IMG/VR virus record: IMGVR_UViG_3300032307_000731
Coordinates: 32,001 to 96,000 of that record
Reading direction: 5' to 3' (one strand)
From: a virus
Length of the DNA: 64,000 bases
Shown: one piece after another, positions 29,436 to 40,000 of the stretch
Layout of the letters: every line of letters begins with the position of its first letter
Position numbering within the stretch: the stretch's first letter is position 1
The notes under the pieces: generated by a model
What the model was told of the DNA's origin: nothing
What the model saw: only the letters and a program-made list of their open reading frames with translations
Databases searched by the model: none
Program-made: the position numbers and the translations under genes

Positions 29436-32400
29436 ATGGCAACAGCACAAGCAAATCAAAAAGTTTTCGTTTCACCAGGAGTTTATACTTCAGAAACTGA
29501 CTTATCATTCGTAGCACAAAGTGTGGGTGTTACAACCCTAGGTTTAGTTGGTGAAACTTTAAGAGGTCCAGCGTTCGAACCGGTATTCATTACAAACTAC
29601 GACGAATTCCAAGCCTTTTTCGGAGGAACAGAACCGACAAAATTCGTAAACACACAAATCCCTAAATATGAGGCTGCTTATATCGCAAAATCTTACTTAC
29701 AACAATCAAATCAATTGTTTGTTACAAGAATCTTAGGTTTATCGGGATATGATGCGGGTCCATCTTGGAGTATTAGAGTTACTGCAAATGTTGACCCAAC
29801 AACAATAATCCAAAGTCCAACAGGTGTTACATCTTGGAATAGAAGTTTTACAGGAGCCACTAGTGGTGGTACCGTTGATTTCGTTTCAGGTTCGTTCCCA
29901 TTAGCGATTCAAGCAAATTTAGATACTCAATATAGATTATCTGATGGTAGTACATCTACACTTGATGATGATTTTACCGCAAACATTTACAATGCGGTTG
30001 GGAATAATACTTTAACTGCGACAACAGCTTTCATTTATGGAGCAATTCCTGAGACAGATTATTATGATATCACTGATAACTACACAACAGTTATAAATGA
30101 ATATGGTTCTGATACTAATAACTTAGCAACTAATGATTTATCTGCATCTGAAAATGACCCATGGTTTTATGCAAACTTTAACAATTATGTTGGTAACTCT
30201 TATTCAGGTTATTCATTTGATTATAACATAAGTGCTTTAGAAGTAACAGGAGTAGGAAATTCACAAACTTTTTCGGGTACAATTTCAGGTAATTATTATA
30301 CATTTATTGGTACTGCTTACACTGAATTTAATAATATGGTTGTTGCAACACTTCGTTCAAGAGGTATTTCATTATATACTAATAGTTCATCAAGTGATAA
30401 TCACGGACAAATCTATGAAGTAAATAATGAAAACAATGTTACAATTTTAAATACTGACCAATATGCTGATATTGATAAAAATCCATTTGCGTCGTTTGGT
30501 TTATCAGGTGTTACTAAAGATGGTGATACTTTCACATTTGAAACTAACTTATCAGCAACTTCATCTAAGTTTATTACAAAAGTATTAGGTGTTGATAATT
30601 TTGGAAAATCAAGAAATGAAGTTCCTTTATTTGTTGAAGAAATTTATCCAAACTCATTAGCTTACGCTTACAATCAAGGATATATTAAAGGTATTAATCC
30701 TGAATTAATTGCATTACCTGAGGCTAGAAGTCAACAATCAAATTCAATTGCTTATAGTGTTGAAAGATATCAATCACCTAGTACACCTTATTTAGTATCA
30801 GAATTAAGAGGTAATAAAGTTTATAAATTATTCAAATTTGTTTCAATCTCTGATGGTGACGCAGCGAACACTGAGGTTAAAGTGTCGATAGCTAACTTAT
30901 CATTCAATAACATGACATTTGATGTATTAGTAAGAAATTTCTTTGATACGGATTCAAACCCAGTTGTTATTGAGAAATTTACTAATTGTAACTTGGACCC
31001 TAACTCTAACAACTTTGTCGCTAAGAAAATCGGTTCAACAAATGGGGAGTACGCATTATTATCGAAATATGTGATGATTGAAATGGCGGACGAAGCACCA
31101 ATTGACGCGATACCTTGTGGTTTTGAAGGATATATTCAAAGAGAATATGATTCGGTTACTAACCCGTCTCCATACCCTGTATTTAAAACGAAATATTTCT
31201 TCCCGGGTGAGACAATTGCTAATCCACCATTTGGAAACGCTAGTGGAAGTTCAAATTTAGTTGAATCTCCTGGTGATATTGTTAGAAGAACTTATTTAGG
31301 TTTCTCAACACAATATGGTATTGACGAATCATTCTTATCATATAAAGGAAGACAAAATCCTGCATCTTGGGTTAACTCTATAACACCTGTTGAAGGTGCT
31401 GCTTGGAACTATGTAAGTAAAGGTTTCCATATGGACTCCGGAGCAACAGTTGTAACAATTTCAAATAGTTATGACACGAGTGGTCAAACTGCTTTTGAAT
31501 GTGGTGTTGCTGACTTTAGAACAGACCCTGAAACTCAAGAGAATCCATATTACTTTATTTTCTCAAGAAAGTATACTTTATGTTTTGCTGGAGGGTTTGA
31601 TGGATGGGACATTTATAGAGAATATCGTACAAATGAAGATAGATTCCAATTAGGTCAATCAGGATTTTTAGCAGGAGCATCGGTATCAACAAGATATCCA
31701 AATGCAACGGGTGAAGGTTTATTCAAACGTATTGTAGTTGAAAATAATACTCAAGATTTTGCAAACACTGACTATTACGCTTACTTACTTGGTATATTAA
31801 CATTTGCAAATCCTGAGGCGACTAATATTAATGTATTAGCAACAGCAAGTATTGATTATGTTAATAACTCAAACTTAGTTGAGGAAACAATTGATATGGT
31901 TCAATTCCAAAGAGCGGATTCTGTTTATATTACTACAACTCCTGATTATAGAATGTATACACCGGATTCAACAAATCCACAAGACGTTATCTATTCTCAA
32001 GAGGCGGTTGATAACTTAGATAATACAGGAATTGACTCTAACTATACTGCGACTTACTATCCTTGGATTTTAACAAGAGACACGGTTAACAATACACAAA
32101 TTTATTTACCTGCAACAGGTGAAGTTTGTAGAAACTTAGCATTAACAGATAACATTGCTTTCCCATGGTTCGCATCAGCGGGTTACACAAGAGGTCTTGT
32201 AAATTCAGTTAAAGCGAGAGTTAAATTAACTCAAGAAGATAGAGATACACTTTACCAAGGTAGAATTAACCCTATCGCAACTTTCTCTGATGTAGGTACG
32301 GTTATTTGGGGTAATAAAACATTACAAATTGCTGACACAGCACTTAATAGATTGAACGTAAGAAGATTATTACTTCAAGCTCGTAAGTTAATATCAGCAG

Positions 32401-32657
32401 TGGCGGTAAGATTATTGTTTGAACAAAACGACCAAGTTGTTAGACAACAATTCTTAGATAGTGTTAACCCAATCTTAGACTCAATCAGAAGAGACCGAGG
32501 TTTATACGATTTCCGTGTAACGGTTTCATCATCTCCTGAGGATTTAGATAGAAATACATTAACAGGTAAAATTTACTTGAAACCAACGAAAGCGTTAGAG
32601 TTCATTGATATTGAATTCTTCATTACTCCTACAGGAGCTTCGTTCGAGAATATTTAA
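29436..32657 (+). CDS. contractile tail sheath protein
   Basis: SPGVYTSETD, PWFASAGYTRG, LYQGRINPI, WGNKTL, LNVRRL, KPTKALEFIDIEF. Confidence 0.95.
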   Translation: MATAQANQKVFVSPGVYTSETDLSFVAQSVGVTTLGLVGETLRGPAFEPVFITNYDEFQAFFGGTEPTKFVNTQIPKYEAAYIAKSYLQQSNQLFVTRILGLSGYDAGPSWSIRVTANVDPTTIIQSPTGVTSWNRSFTGATSGGTVDFVSGSFPLAIQANLDTQYRLSDGSTSTLDDDFTANIYNAVGNNTLTATTAFIYGAIPETDYYDITDNYTTVINEYGSDTNNLATNDLSASENDPWFYANFNNYVGNSYSGYSFDYNISALEVTGVGNSQTFSGTISGNYYTFIGTAYTEFNNMVVATLRSRGISLYTNSSSSDNHGQIYEVNNENNVTILNTDQYADIDKNPFASFGLSGVTKDGDTFTFETNLSATSSKFITKVLGVDNFGKSRNEVPLFVEEIYPNSLAYAYNQGYIKGINPELIALPEARSQQSNSIAYSVERYQSPSTPYLVSELRGNKVYKLFKFVSISDGDAANTEVKVSIANLSFNNMTFDVLVRNFFDTDSNPVVIEKFTNCNLDPNSNNFVAKKIGSTNGEYALLSKYVMIEMADEAPIDAIPCGFEGYIQREYDSVTNPSPYPVFKTKYFFPGETIANPPFGNASGSSNLVESPGDIVRRTYLGFSTQYGIDESFLSYKGRQNPASWVNSITPVEGAAWNYVSKGFHMDSGATVVTISNSYDTSGQTAFECGVADFRTDPETQENPYYFIFSRKYTLCFAGGFDGWDIYREYRTNEDRFQLGQSGFLAGASVSTRYPNATGEGLFKRIVVENNTQDFANTDYYAYLLGILTFANPEATNINVLATASIDYVNNSNLVEETIDMVQFQRADSVYITTTPDYRMYTPDSTNPQDVIYSQEAVDNLDNTGIDSNYTATYYPWILTRDTVNNTQIYLPATGEVCRNLALTDNIAFPWFASAGYTRGLVNSVKARVKLTQEDRDTLYQGRINPIATFSDVGTVIWGNKTLQIADTALNRLNVRRLLLQARKLISAVAVRLLFEQNDQVVRQQFLDSVNPILDSIRRDRGLYDFRVTVSSSPEDLDRNTLTGKIYLKPTKALEFIDIEFFITPTGASFENI

Positions 32658-32667
32658 TAAAAACCAT

Positions 32668-32692
32668 AAGTGGGGATACGTCCCCACTTTTT
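32668..32692 (+). terminator. Rho-independent terminator with UACG tetraloop
   Basis: AAGTGGGGA-tacg-TCCCCACTT followed by a T-run. Confidence 0.85.
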
Positions 32693-32700
32693 AGCCAATT

Positions 32701-33531
32701 ATGAGAAAGATTAGATTAAATGAAGGAATAGATGAAATGGGAACACCCGATATGAAGTATTATGCTTTTGATTGGGACGATAATGTTGTTCATATGCCAA
32801 CTAAGATTATCCTTAAGAATGAAGATGGTGATGAGATAGGTATGAGTACCGATGATTTTGCTGAGTATAGACATCAAATAGGTGGTGAACCATTTAACTA
32901 TAAAGGTGAAACTATTGTAGGATATAGTGACGAACCATTTAAAAATTTTCAAACACCCGGTGATAAAGATTTTTTAATTGATGCTATGAGGGCTAAATTA
33001 GGTCCGGCTTTTGATGATTTTAGAGAAGCTATTAACAATGGTTCAATATTTTCGATTATAACCGCAAGAGGTCATAATCCTAATACATTAAAAGAGGCTG
33101 TATACAATTACATCATATCAGGGTTTAATGGTATTGATAAAGATGAGTTAGTTAAAAACTTAAGAAAGTATCGAGATATTAATGATGATGAAGACATGAG
33201 TGATGATGATTTAATTAAAACTTATCTAAATATGAATAGATATCATCCTGTCTCTTATAATGACCCTGAAGGTGCCGCAAATCCTGAAGAGGCGAAAGTT
33301 CGTGCGATGGAGAAATTTGTGGAATATATTAAAGAAATGTCATATGATTTAGATAAAAAAGTGTATCTGAAAAAAGAGGTGAGTAATAATTTTATTCCTA
33401 CAAAACCGACAATTGGATTTTCTGACGATGACATCCGAAATGTGGAGGTTATGAAAAAACACTTCAAAGACAAACCGGACAATATTGTTAAAACTTATTC
33501 AACAGCAGGAGGAATAAAAAAAGAATATTAA
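32701..33531 (+). CDS. HAD-superfamily phosphatase-like protein
   Basis: FDWDDN (motif I), IITARGH (II), K in EEAK (III), GFSDDD (IV). Confidence 0.7.
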   Translation: MRKIRLNEGIDEMGTPDMKYYAFDWDDNVVHMPTKIILKNEDGDEIGMSTDDFAEYRHQIGGEPFNYKGETIVGYSDEPFKNFQTPGDKDFLIDAMRAKLGPAFDDFREAINNGSIFSIITARGHNPNTLKEAVYNYIISGFNGIDKDELVKNLRKYRDINDDEDMSDDDLIKTYLNMNRYHPVSYNDPEGAANPEEAKVRAMEKFVEYIKEMSYDLDKKVYLKKEVSNNFIPTKPTIGFSDDDIRNVEVMKKHFKDKPDNIVKTYSTAGGIKKEY

Positions 33532-33605
33532 CTAGTTATTAAGAACTAGTATTAAATAAATAATTAAAAAAAACTAGTTAAATAAACTAGAATTAAATAA
33601 ACTAG
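33530..33605. repeat. five AACTAG copies in an AT-rich intergenic region
   Basis: AACTAG at 33530, 33544, 33572, 33585, 33600; TTAAATAAACTAG occurs twice. Confidence 0.8.
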
Positions 33606-33708
33606 ACTGGATTTTAAATATATAAAAATAAATTCAGAAAGTCAATAAAAATATTTTCCTTTTGGATATATTTATGATAATAAACAAAGAAAAACTAATT
33701 TAAATAAT

Positions 33709-34197
33709 ATGGCTGATTTATTGATGAAAATGCCGATTCCTTACGAACCGAAAAGACAGAATCGATTCATACTAAGGTTTCCATCAAGCTTAGGAATTAA
33801 CGAATGGTTTGTAGAAAGTGCTGCGAGACCATCGATTAAAATTGCTTCAACTGAGATTCAATTTTTAAATACCTCAACTTATGTTGCGGGAAGATTTAAT
33901 TGGGATGAAATTTCTGTTAAATTTAGAGACCCAATTGGACCTTCTGCGTCACAAGCTCTTATGGAGTGGGTTCGTTTACACGCTGAATCTGTTACAGGTC
34001 GTATGGGTTATGCAGCAGGTTATAAAAAAGATATTGACCTTGAGTTGTTAGACCCAACAGGAGTTGTTGTTGAGAAATGGATTTTATATGGTACATTCTT
34101 AACAAGTGTGAATTTTGGTTCATTAGGATACAGCACTGATGGTCTTGTAGATATTACAGCGTCATTAAGAATGGATAGATGTGTTTTAGTTTACTAA
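33709..34197 (+). CDS. tail tube protein (T4 gp19-like)
   Basis: YEPKRQNRF, YVAGRFNW, GYKKDIDLELLDPTG.VVEKW; follows the sheath gene. Confidence 0.9.
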   Translation: MADLLMKMPIPYEPKRQNRFILRFPSSLGINEWFVESAARPSIKIASTEIQFLNTSTYVAGRFNWDEISVKFRDPIGPSASQALMEWVRLHAESVTGRMGYAAGYKKDIDLELLDPTGVVVEKWILYGTFLTSVNFGSLGYSTDGLVDITASLRMDRCVLVY

Positions 34198-34230
34198 TAC
34201 TCTTTATAAAAAATCAATACTGATTATATT

Positions 34231-34266
34231 TAACCGTAAAGACATAAACTTTACGGTTATTTTTTT
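34231..34266 (+). terminator. Rho-independent terminator after the tube gene
   Basis: TAACCGTAAAG-7nt-CTTTACGGTTA followed by a T-run. Confidence 0.75.
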
Positions 34267-34268
34267 AT

Positions 34269-35012
34269 ATGGAAAATCAAACAACAGATTACGCACAACA
34301 AAATTTTACTTTACCTCACGATGTGGTACCATTACCATCAGGTGGAGTTTTTTACAAAAACAAAAAAAAATCAATTAAGGTGGGTTATTTAACTGCATCT
34401 GATGAGAATATTTTAATGGCGGGTGGATTAGATATTACCACAAATTTATTAAGAAATAAAATTTACGAACCAGACCTTAGGATTGAAGATATGATTGAAG
34501 GTGATGTTGAGTCAATATTGGTGTTTTTAAGAAACACTGCATTTGGGCCTGAAATGGATTTAAATTTAATTGACCCGGTAACAAAAAAACCATTCAAAGC
34601 AAAAGTTGCACTTGATGAATTGAATGTTATTAAAGGTCAGTTACCAAATGAGGATGGTACATTTACAACAATATTACCAAAATCTAATTCTACAATTAAA
34701 TTAAAACCATTAAATTATGGTGAAATAATGGAAATTAGTAAGCTAGAATCTACATACCCTCAAGGTAGAGTTGTTCCAAAAATAACTTGGAGACTTCAAA
34801 AGGAGATTGTTGAAATAAATGGAAACACTGATAAATCAGAAATATCCAAATTTGTTGAACAAATGCCTATTGCGGATTCTAAGTATATTAGACAATTTAT
34901 GAATGAAAATGAACCAAAATTGGACATGAGTCGAGTTGTAAGCACCCCATCAGGAGAAAAGATGACAGTTAATGTCGGATTTGGGGTGGACTTTTTTCGC
35001 CCTTTCTTCTGA
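34269..35012 (+). CDS. tail/baseplate-hub assembly chaperone (gp26-like)
   Basis: VPLPSGGVFY, LTASDENIL, FLRNTAFG, terminal VDFFRP; located between tube and tape measure genes. Confidence 0.75.
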   Translation: MENQTTDYAQQNFTLPHDVVPLPSGGVFYKNKKKSIKVGYLTASDENILMAGGLDITTNLLRNKIYEPDLRIEDMIEGDVESILVFLRNTAFGPEMDLNLIDPVTKKPFKAKVALDELNVIKGQLPNEDGTFTTILPKSNSTIKLKPLNYGEIMEISKLESTYPQGRVVPKITWRLQKEIVEINGNTDKSEISKFVEQMPIADSKYIRQFMNENEPKLDMSRVVSTPSGEKMTVNVGFGVDFFRPFF

Positions 35013-35151
35013 TTATAGGAAAGGACAAATAGATGAATTCTATTATTTAAACAAATTAATGAACATATCTTATCAAGATTTTATAACAATGCCCTTATTT
35101 GTTAGAAAATATTTGTTAGATAAATGGTTAGAAGATAATAAAAAGGACTGA
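34972..35151 (+). CDS. short overlapping +1-frame ORF (gp51/gpGT-like chaperone partner), possibly reached by frameshift
   Basis: (MSDLGW)TFFALSSDYRKGQIDEFYYLNKLMNISYQDFITMPLFVRKYLLDKWLEDNKKD; 59 aa, missed by the track; fills the gap up to the terminator. Confidence 0.7.
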   Translation: MSDLGWTFFALSSDYRKGQIDEFYYLNKLMNISYQDFITMPLFVRKYLLDKWLEDNKKD

Positions 35152-35166
35152 AAACTCAGTCCTTTT
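35141..35166 (+). terminator. Rho-independent terminator
   Basis: AAAAGGACTGA-aaac-TCAGTCCTTTT. Confidence 0.75.
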
Positions 35167-35195
35167 GTATTTATAATAAAATACTATTTTAAATT

Positions 35196-36992
35196 ATGCA
35201 AGCAGCTGAACAATCACCGGAAGAATATAAAAAATCGCTTATTGGCTCTCTTGATGTTGCAACAGAATTAGCGTCATACGTTGTTGAGATACAAAAATCA
35301 TCTATTGAGATAAATAAGGTTTTTGGTCAGGGTAGAGAACGAGTTGACATATTAATGTCAAGTATCGCAGATGCGGTCCCTATGGTCAATCGTTTAGGTG
35401 GGTCAATGTCTGATGTTGCCAAAACTATTGGTGAAGTTGCGGACGCGTCTAATCGAAATGTTATTGCGAGTACTGAGGAGGTTGAGAAACTTTATGCTGC
35501 TCAGAAAGTATTAGGTATTAGTGCAAAGGATATGACCAATTCTTTTTTGGATATTGGTGTTGGTTTGGCTCAGGTTCCTAAACAATTAGAAGATTCTATA
35601 GAATACATTCAAAGTATTGGTGGTAACACACAGGCGGTAATGAAATCCGTTACCGGTAATATGGAACAAATGAATAGGTTCCAATTTGAAGGTGGTGTTG
35701 TTGGTTTAACTAAAATGGCCGCACAAGCGTCAATGTTAAGGTTTAATATGAATGAAACCTTTAGATTGGCGGATAAAGTATTAGACCCTGACGGAGCGAT
35801 TGAAGTTGCATCCGCATTCCAAAGATTAGGTGTATCGGCAGGTGCCTTAGCTGACCCATTCCAATTAATGAATATGTCTATTAATGACCCATCAGGGTTA
35901 CAAGATAGTTTAGCGGATGTTGCAAAACAATTTACATATTTTGATGAGAAAACTAAAACCTTTAAAATAAATCCTCAAGGTGTGTTAACACTTAGAGAGA
36001 TGGAAAAACAAACAGGTGTTAGTGCTGCGGAAATGAGTAAAATGGGGTTAGCGGCTGCGGAACTAGACAAAAGATTATCAGCAGTTAATTTAGCAGGATT
36101 ATCAATTGGAAGTGAGGAAGACAAACAATTCTTAGCGAATATTGCTAAAATGGGTGAAGGAGGAGAGTATGAAGTTAAAATCAAAAATGAAAAAGGGGAA
36201 GAAGAAACTAAAAAATTATCAGAAGTAACTCAAACAGAATTTGATAAATTAATACAAGAACAAAAAAACGGGCCAAAGAGTTTAGAAGAGATTGCCAGAG
36301 TTCAAATGAACATTTCGGAAACCGTTAAAGGTGATGTCGCAGCAATTAAAAACGCTTTTCTTGGAGGTACCGCAACCGCAAAACCTGTTAAAGAAACTAT
36401 AATTGGGGCTCAAAAAACTGCGGATATATTAGGTGGTGAAGCTTCTAAAAAATTTGGAGACACTAAAAGTACTAGAGTAGAAGTTGAAACAACGTTGAAA
36501 GATTTGGGTACAATGGCGATGGATTTTAAAGAGGGTATTAAACCTGCAACTCAAACATTATCGGATTACTTAATGAAGGTTGGTAATCAAATGGAATCAG
36601 TTCAAAACAAGTTTACTGACGCGTTAAAAGAGTATGGTAAAAATGTTTCTAGTAAATTAGGTGATACACCAATGGAACGACTTACAAAAAAAGGGGTTGA
36701 TACTGCTTTAGAAAAAAGTGGTGTTGAAATACCGTCTAAGACTGCTCCAATAAGTTCAAACACCAATAAAATTGAAAATGAAAAAACGATTCCTAAAAAT
36801 CAAAATATAACCACTAAAAGTACTGTTGATGTTGGAGGAAAAATAGAGGTTGATGTTAAAGTTCCTGCAGGACTTTCATCAGAACAACTAAAACAAATTT
36901 TAGATACTACATTTAATGAGCCGAGATTTAAGGATTATATTGTTAGGTTAATACCTGGTGATTCAAAAGAACCTGTTTCAAAAACTTATTAA
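35196..36992 (+). CDS. putative tape measure protein
   Basis: Helical, Ala/Met/Gln-rich; follows the tube and chaperone genes. Confidence 0.6.
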   Translation: MQAAEQSPEEYKKSLIGSLDVATELASYVVEIQKSSIEINKVFGQGRERVDILMSSIADAVPMVNRLGGSMSDVAKTIGEVADASNRNVIASTEEVEKLYAAQKVLGISAKDMTNSFLDIGVGLAQVPKQLEDSIEYIQSIGGNTQAVMKSVTGNMEQMNRFQFEGGVVGLTKMAAQASMLRFNMNETFRLADKVLDPDGAIEVASAFQRLGVSAGALADPFQLMNMSINDPSGLQDSLADVAKQFTYFDEKTKTFKINPQGVLTLREMEKQTGVSAAEMSKMGLAAAELDKRLSAVNLAGLSIGSEEDKQFLANIAKMGEGGEYEVKIKNEKGEEETKKLSEVTQTEFDKLIQEQKNGPKSLEEIARVQMNISETVKGDVAAIKNAFLGGTATAKPVKETIIGAQKTADILGGEASKKFGDTKSTRVEVETTLKDLGTMAMDFKEGIKPATQTLSDYLMKVGNQMESVQNKFTDALKEYGKNVSSKLGDTPMERLTKKGVDTALEKSGVEIPSKTAPISSNTNKIENEKTIPKNQNITTKSTVDVGGKIEVDVKVPAGLSSEQLKQILDTTFNEPRFKDYIVRLIPGDSKEPVSKTY

Positions 36993-37020
36993 TAATCTAT
37001 TTATAAAATAAAAATCATAG

Positions 37021-40000
37021 ATGTCAAATAGTCCATTAGATTTAATTAACTCGGATGCGTTCAGAAAAAAACTTATAACAAGAAATTTAGTACCTTATGC
37101 TAAATCTCCAAATAGACCTTCTGTACAAGTTCCGTATGAGCATATTCAATCAGATTTATCGGTTATTGATAGCCCTGACCAACTTATTGATGTTCCTTCA
37201 TTTGCAAACCAATTATATCCATTAAACAGATATGGTAATGAGGGTGGATACGAACAAGTTCCTGACCCAAATGGTTTAACGAATACCATTTCAAATCAAG
37301 GTGAATATGGACCGGGACAACAAGATGCTCATATAGTTGATGAAGGTTATGATGCAGTTAGATTATGGAGACCATTAAATGCCTATGCTGACGGATTAAA
37401 TGTTTTTGACTCTGCGGAATCATTTTCAAGTTTAGAGACAGTTAGACCTGACCAAGACAGACAAAGTAATGGACAACCATACCCTGGCCCAATTGTTGCG
37501 TCATCATATTCTCCTTTATCAATCTTATTATCAACTAATCCAACCGGTAGTAATGGTAATTTAAGTCAAGATTCATATATTGCTCGTTTAGGTGCTCAAA
37601 CACTTAGAAATGAGTTTCAAGAAAGAATTGCAGCCCGAATAAGACTTGAAACTATAGGACAAGCCAACATTTTAAATGTAACAAGTGGTACTGATTTAGT
37701 TAATATTTTATCAGGACAAGTTCCGATATTAGAACCAAATTGGCAAATAACAGTACCTGCAAATCCAATAACCGCAGCGGCTGATTTTGCATTAAGATTA
37801 GGGGGTAGTATTTTACCTGTTTCTTTAATACCGGGTTCTTATTTTGACCCAACCATTAATCCGGGACAACCAACAACTATTCAACAAGTAACTAATGCGA
37901 TTGCCGGTACAGGTATTGGTAATTTCTTTAATCAACTATTAGGGGGGACACAAACAGGTTCACAAATTTTTTATAATAATACAGGGGCCGGTCAAAAATC
38001 TCGTTTATTTAAAAACATTGATTACAACAGATACAAACCAAATTTTGTTAGAGGTGTATTTGATAGATTGTTAGGTGCTATAACAGGGACCCTTTCTGAT
38101 AATAGTAACTATTACGTTGGTTCTATAACATCAGAGCCATCTAGAGTGTTTTCTCCTGGTGGGGATTTACCGGTTGACCAATTTGGAAAAGAACAACAAT
38201 CACCGGTATACGGACCTCAAGAGTTAGCTCAACTTTATGAAGGACCAAGTAAAGAAGTTAGGTTAGGGGCTAATGGCCCTACATATTCTAATGGTGGTGG
38301 TATTGAAGGAGGTTTTACTTGGGTTTCTCCAAAATATAAAGATAATGCCGGAAAAAAAGTTGGGTTAGGTGGGGTTGTAACAAATGAAGATGAAGATTTT
38401 AAACCATCATCATATAATACAACTGAATCAACAAACATAACTTTTAAAGGAGGTTCTATCTTAGATGATACTCAGAGAATCATTAATAGCCAACCTCAAG
38501 GAGGTCGAAGATTACAACACGTAGGAAATGCGATTGACCAAGTTAGTAAAGTTTTCCATGATGGATATAAAGAAATTACTAAAGGTTCAAGAGTATATCG
38601 ATATGTTGGTGCTGTGGGACAAGAAGTTGGGACAGAATATTGTCGTATTTTCGCTAAAGATTTACCATATCTACAATACAATGATTTACAAAAAGTAGAT
38701 GGTATTACAACATCGGGTAGAAGATTTTCAGATTCGGTATTTGACAACACCTATAATTTAAATATCGCCCCAAACAAACAAGAAGGTGGACAAGATTCGA
38801 CTAATTTGATTGGAACTGAAAATAATGCGTATGCTAAAAAGTATATGTTTTCATTAGAAAATTTAGCTTGGAGAACATCAAGTACTCCGGGTTATGCGGT
38901 TTCTGATTTACCTGTTTGTGAAAGAGGTCCTAATGGAGGACGAGTTATGTGGTTTCCACCATATGGTTTAACATTTAGTGAACAAGTATCTGCAAATTGG
39001 AATACATCTGAATTTCTTGGGAGACCGGAACCAATTTACACTTATAAAAACACTTCTCGTACTGGTACTTTAACTTGGAAAATAGTTGTTGACCATCCGT
39101 CATCTTTAAATGTTGTTGTTAATAAAGTTTTGGCTAATGAAACAAATAAAGTAAGGATTGATAGTATTTTAGATTCATTCTTTGCAGGATGTAGAAAATA
39201 TGATTTATATGAATTAGCCAAAAAATATTATACGGTTAATCCTAATGATTTATATTTGTTACAACAGGCGATTACTTCAAAAGAAACGACAAAAGAACAA
39301 ACTGAATATATTAAAAAAACAATTCAAACAGGTAACAATTCGACTACAGGTGCTGATACAAATGTTTCTCAAGCAAGTAGTGTAGATTTATTTGGAAAGT
39401 ATAAAGATTTGGGATTCTATTTTGAAAATGATTATCCTCAAAAGAATAATGTAAGTGCTTACCCATCTCAATATAATTTATACATAGGTAATAAAAGTGT
39501 TTATAATAGTAAACCAAATGCGGCACAAACTAGTGAAGTTTTTGAAACTGTTGTAACACCTAATTATGAGGTAATGAAACAATTGGCGGTTGATATTGGT
39601 AAACAATTAAGTGCTAATACTCAGGGTATTGTGACAATAACAATTGATGCAAGTTGTTCCGCACCTGCGACTCCGTCGTATAATGTTGAATTAGCAAAAA
39701 GAAGGATTGAATCAGCTATTAAATTTTTCCAAGAAAACGAAAATACTAAAAAGGAGTTTGGTAAAAGATTATTGGTAAATGAAGGTAGAAGTTTAGGAGA
39801 GCAAACCACCACATTACCTTTAGCGTCTAAATCAAGACAAGCCCCATATACATTACCTTTCGTTAGTAAACAAAGTGTAAATTGTACTGACCAAGACTCT
39901 AGTGTTGTCGGAGGTGATATTAAAGTAGGTGCTAAAGAAGTTTATACTTATGGTGCGATGGCATGTAGAAGAGCGTATATTAGTTCAATTAAATCAACTT

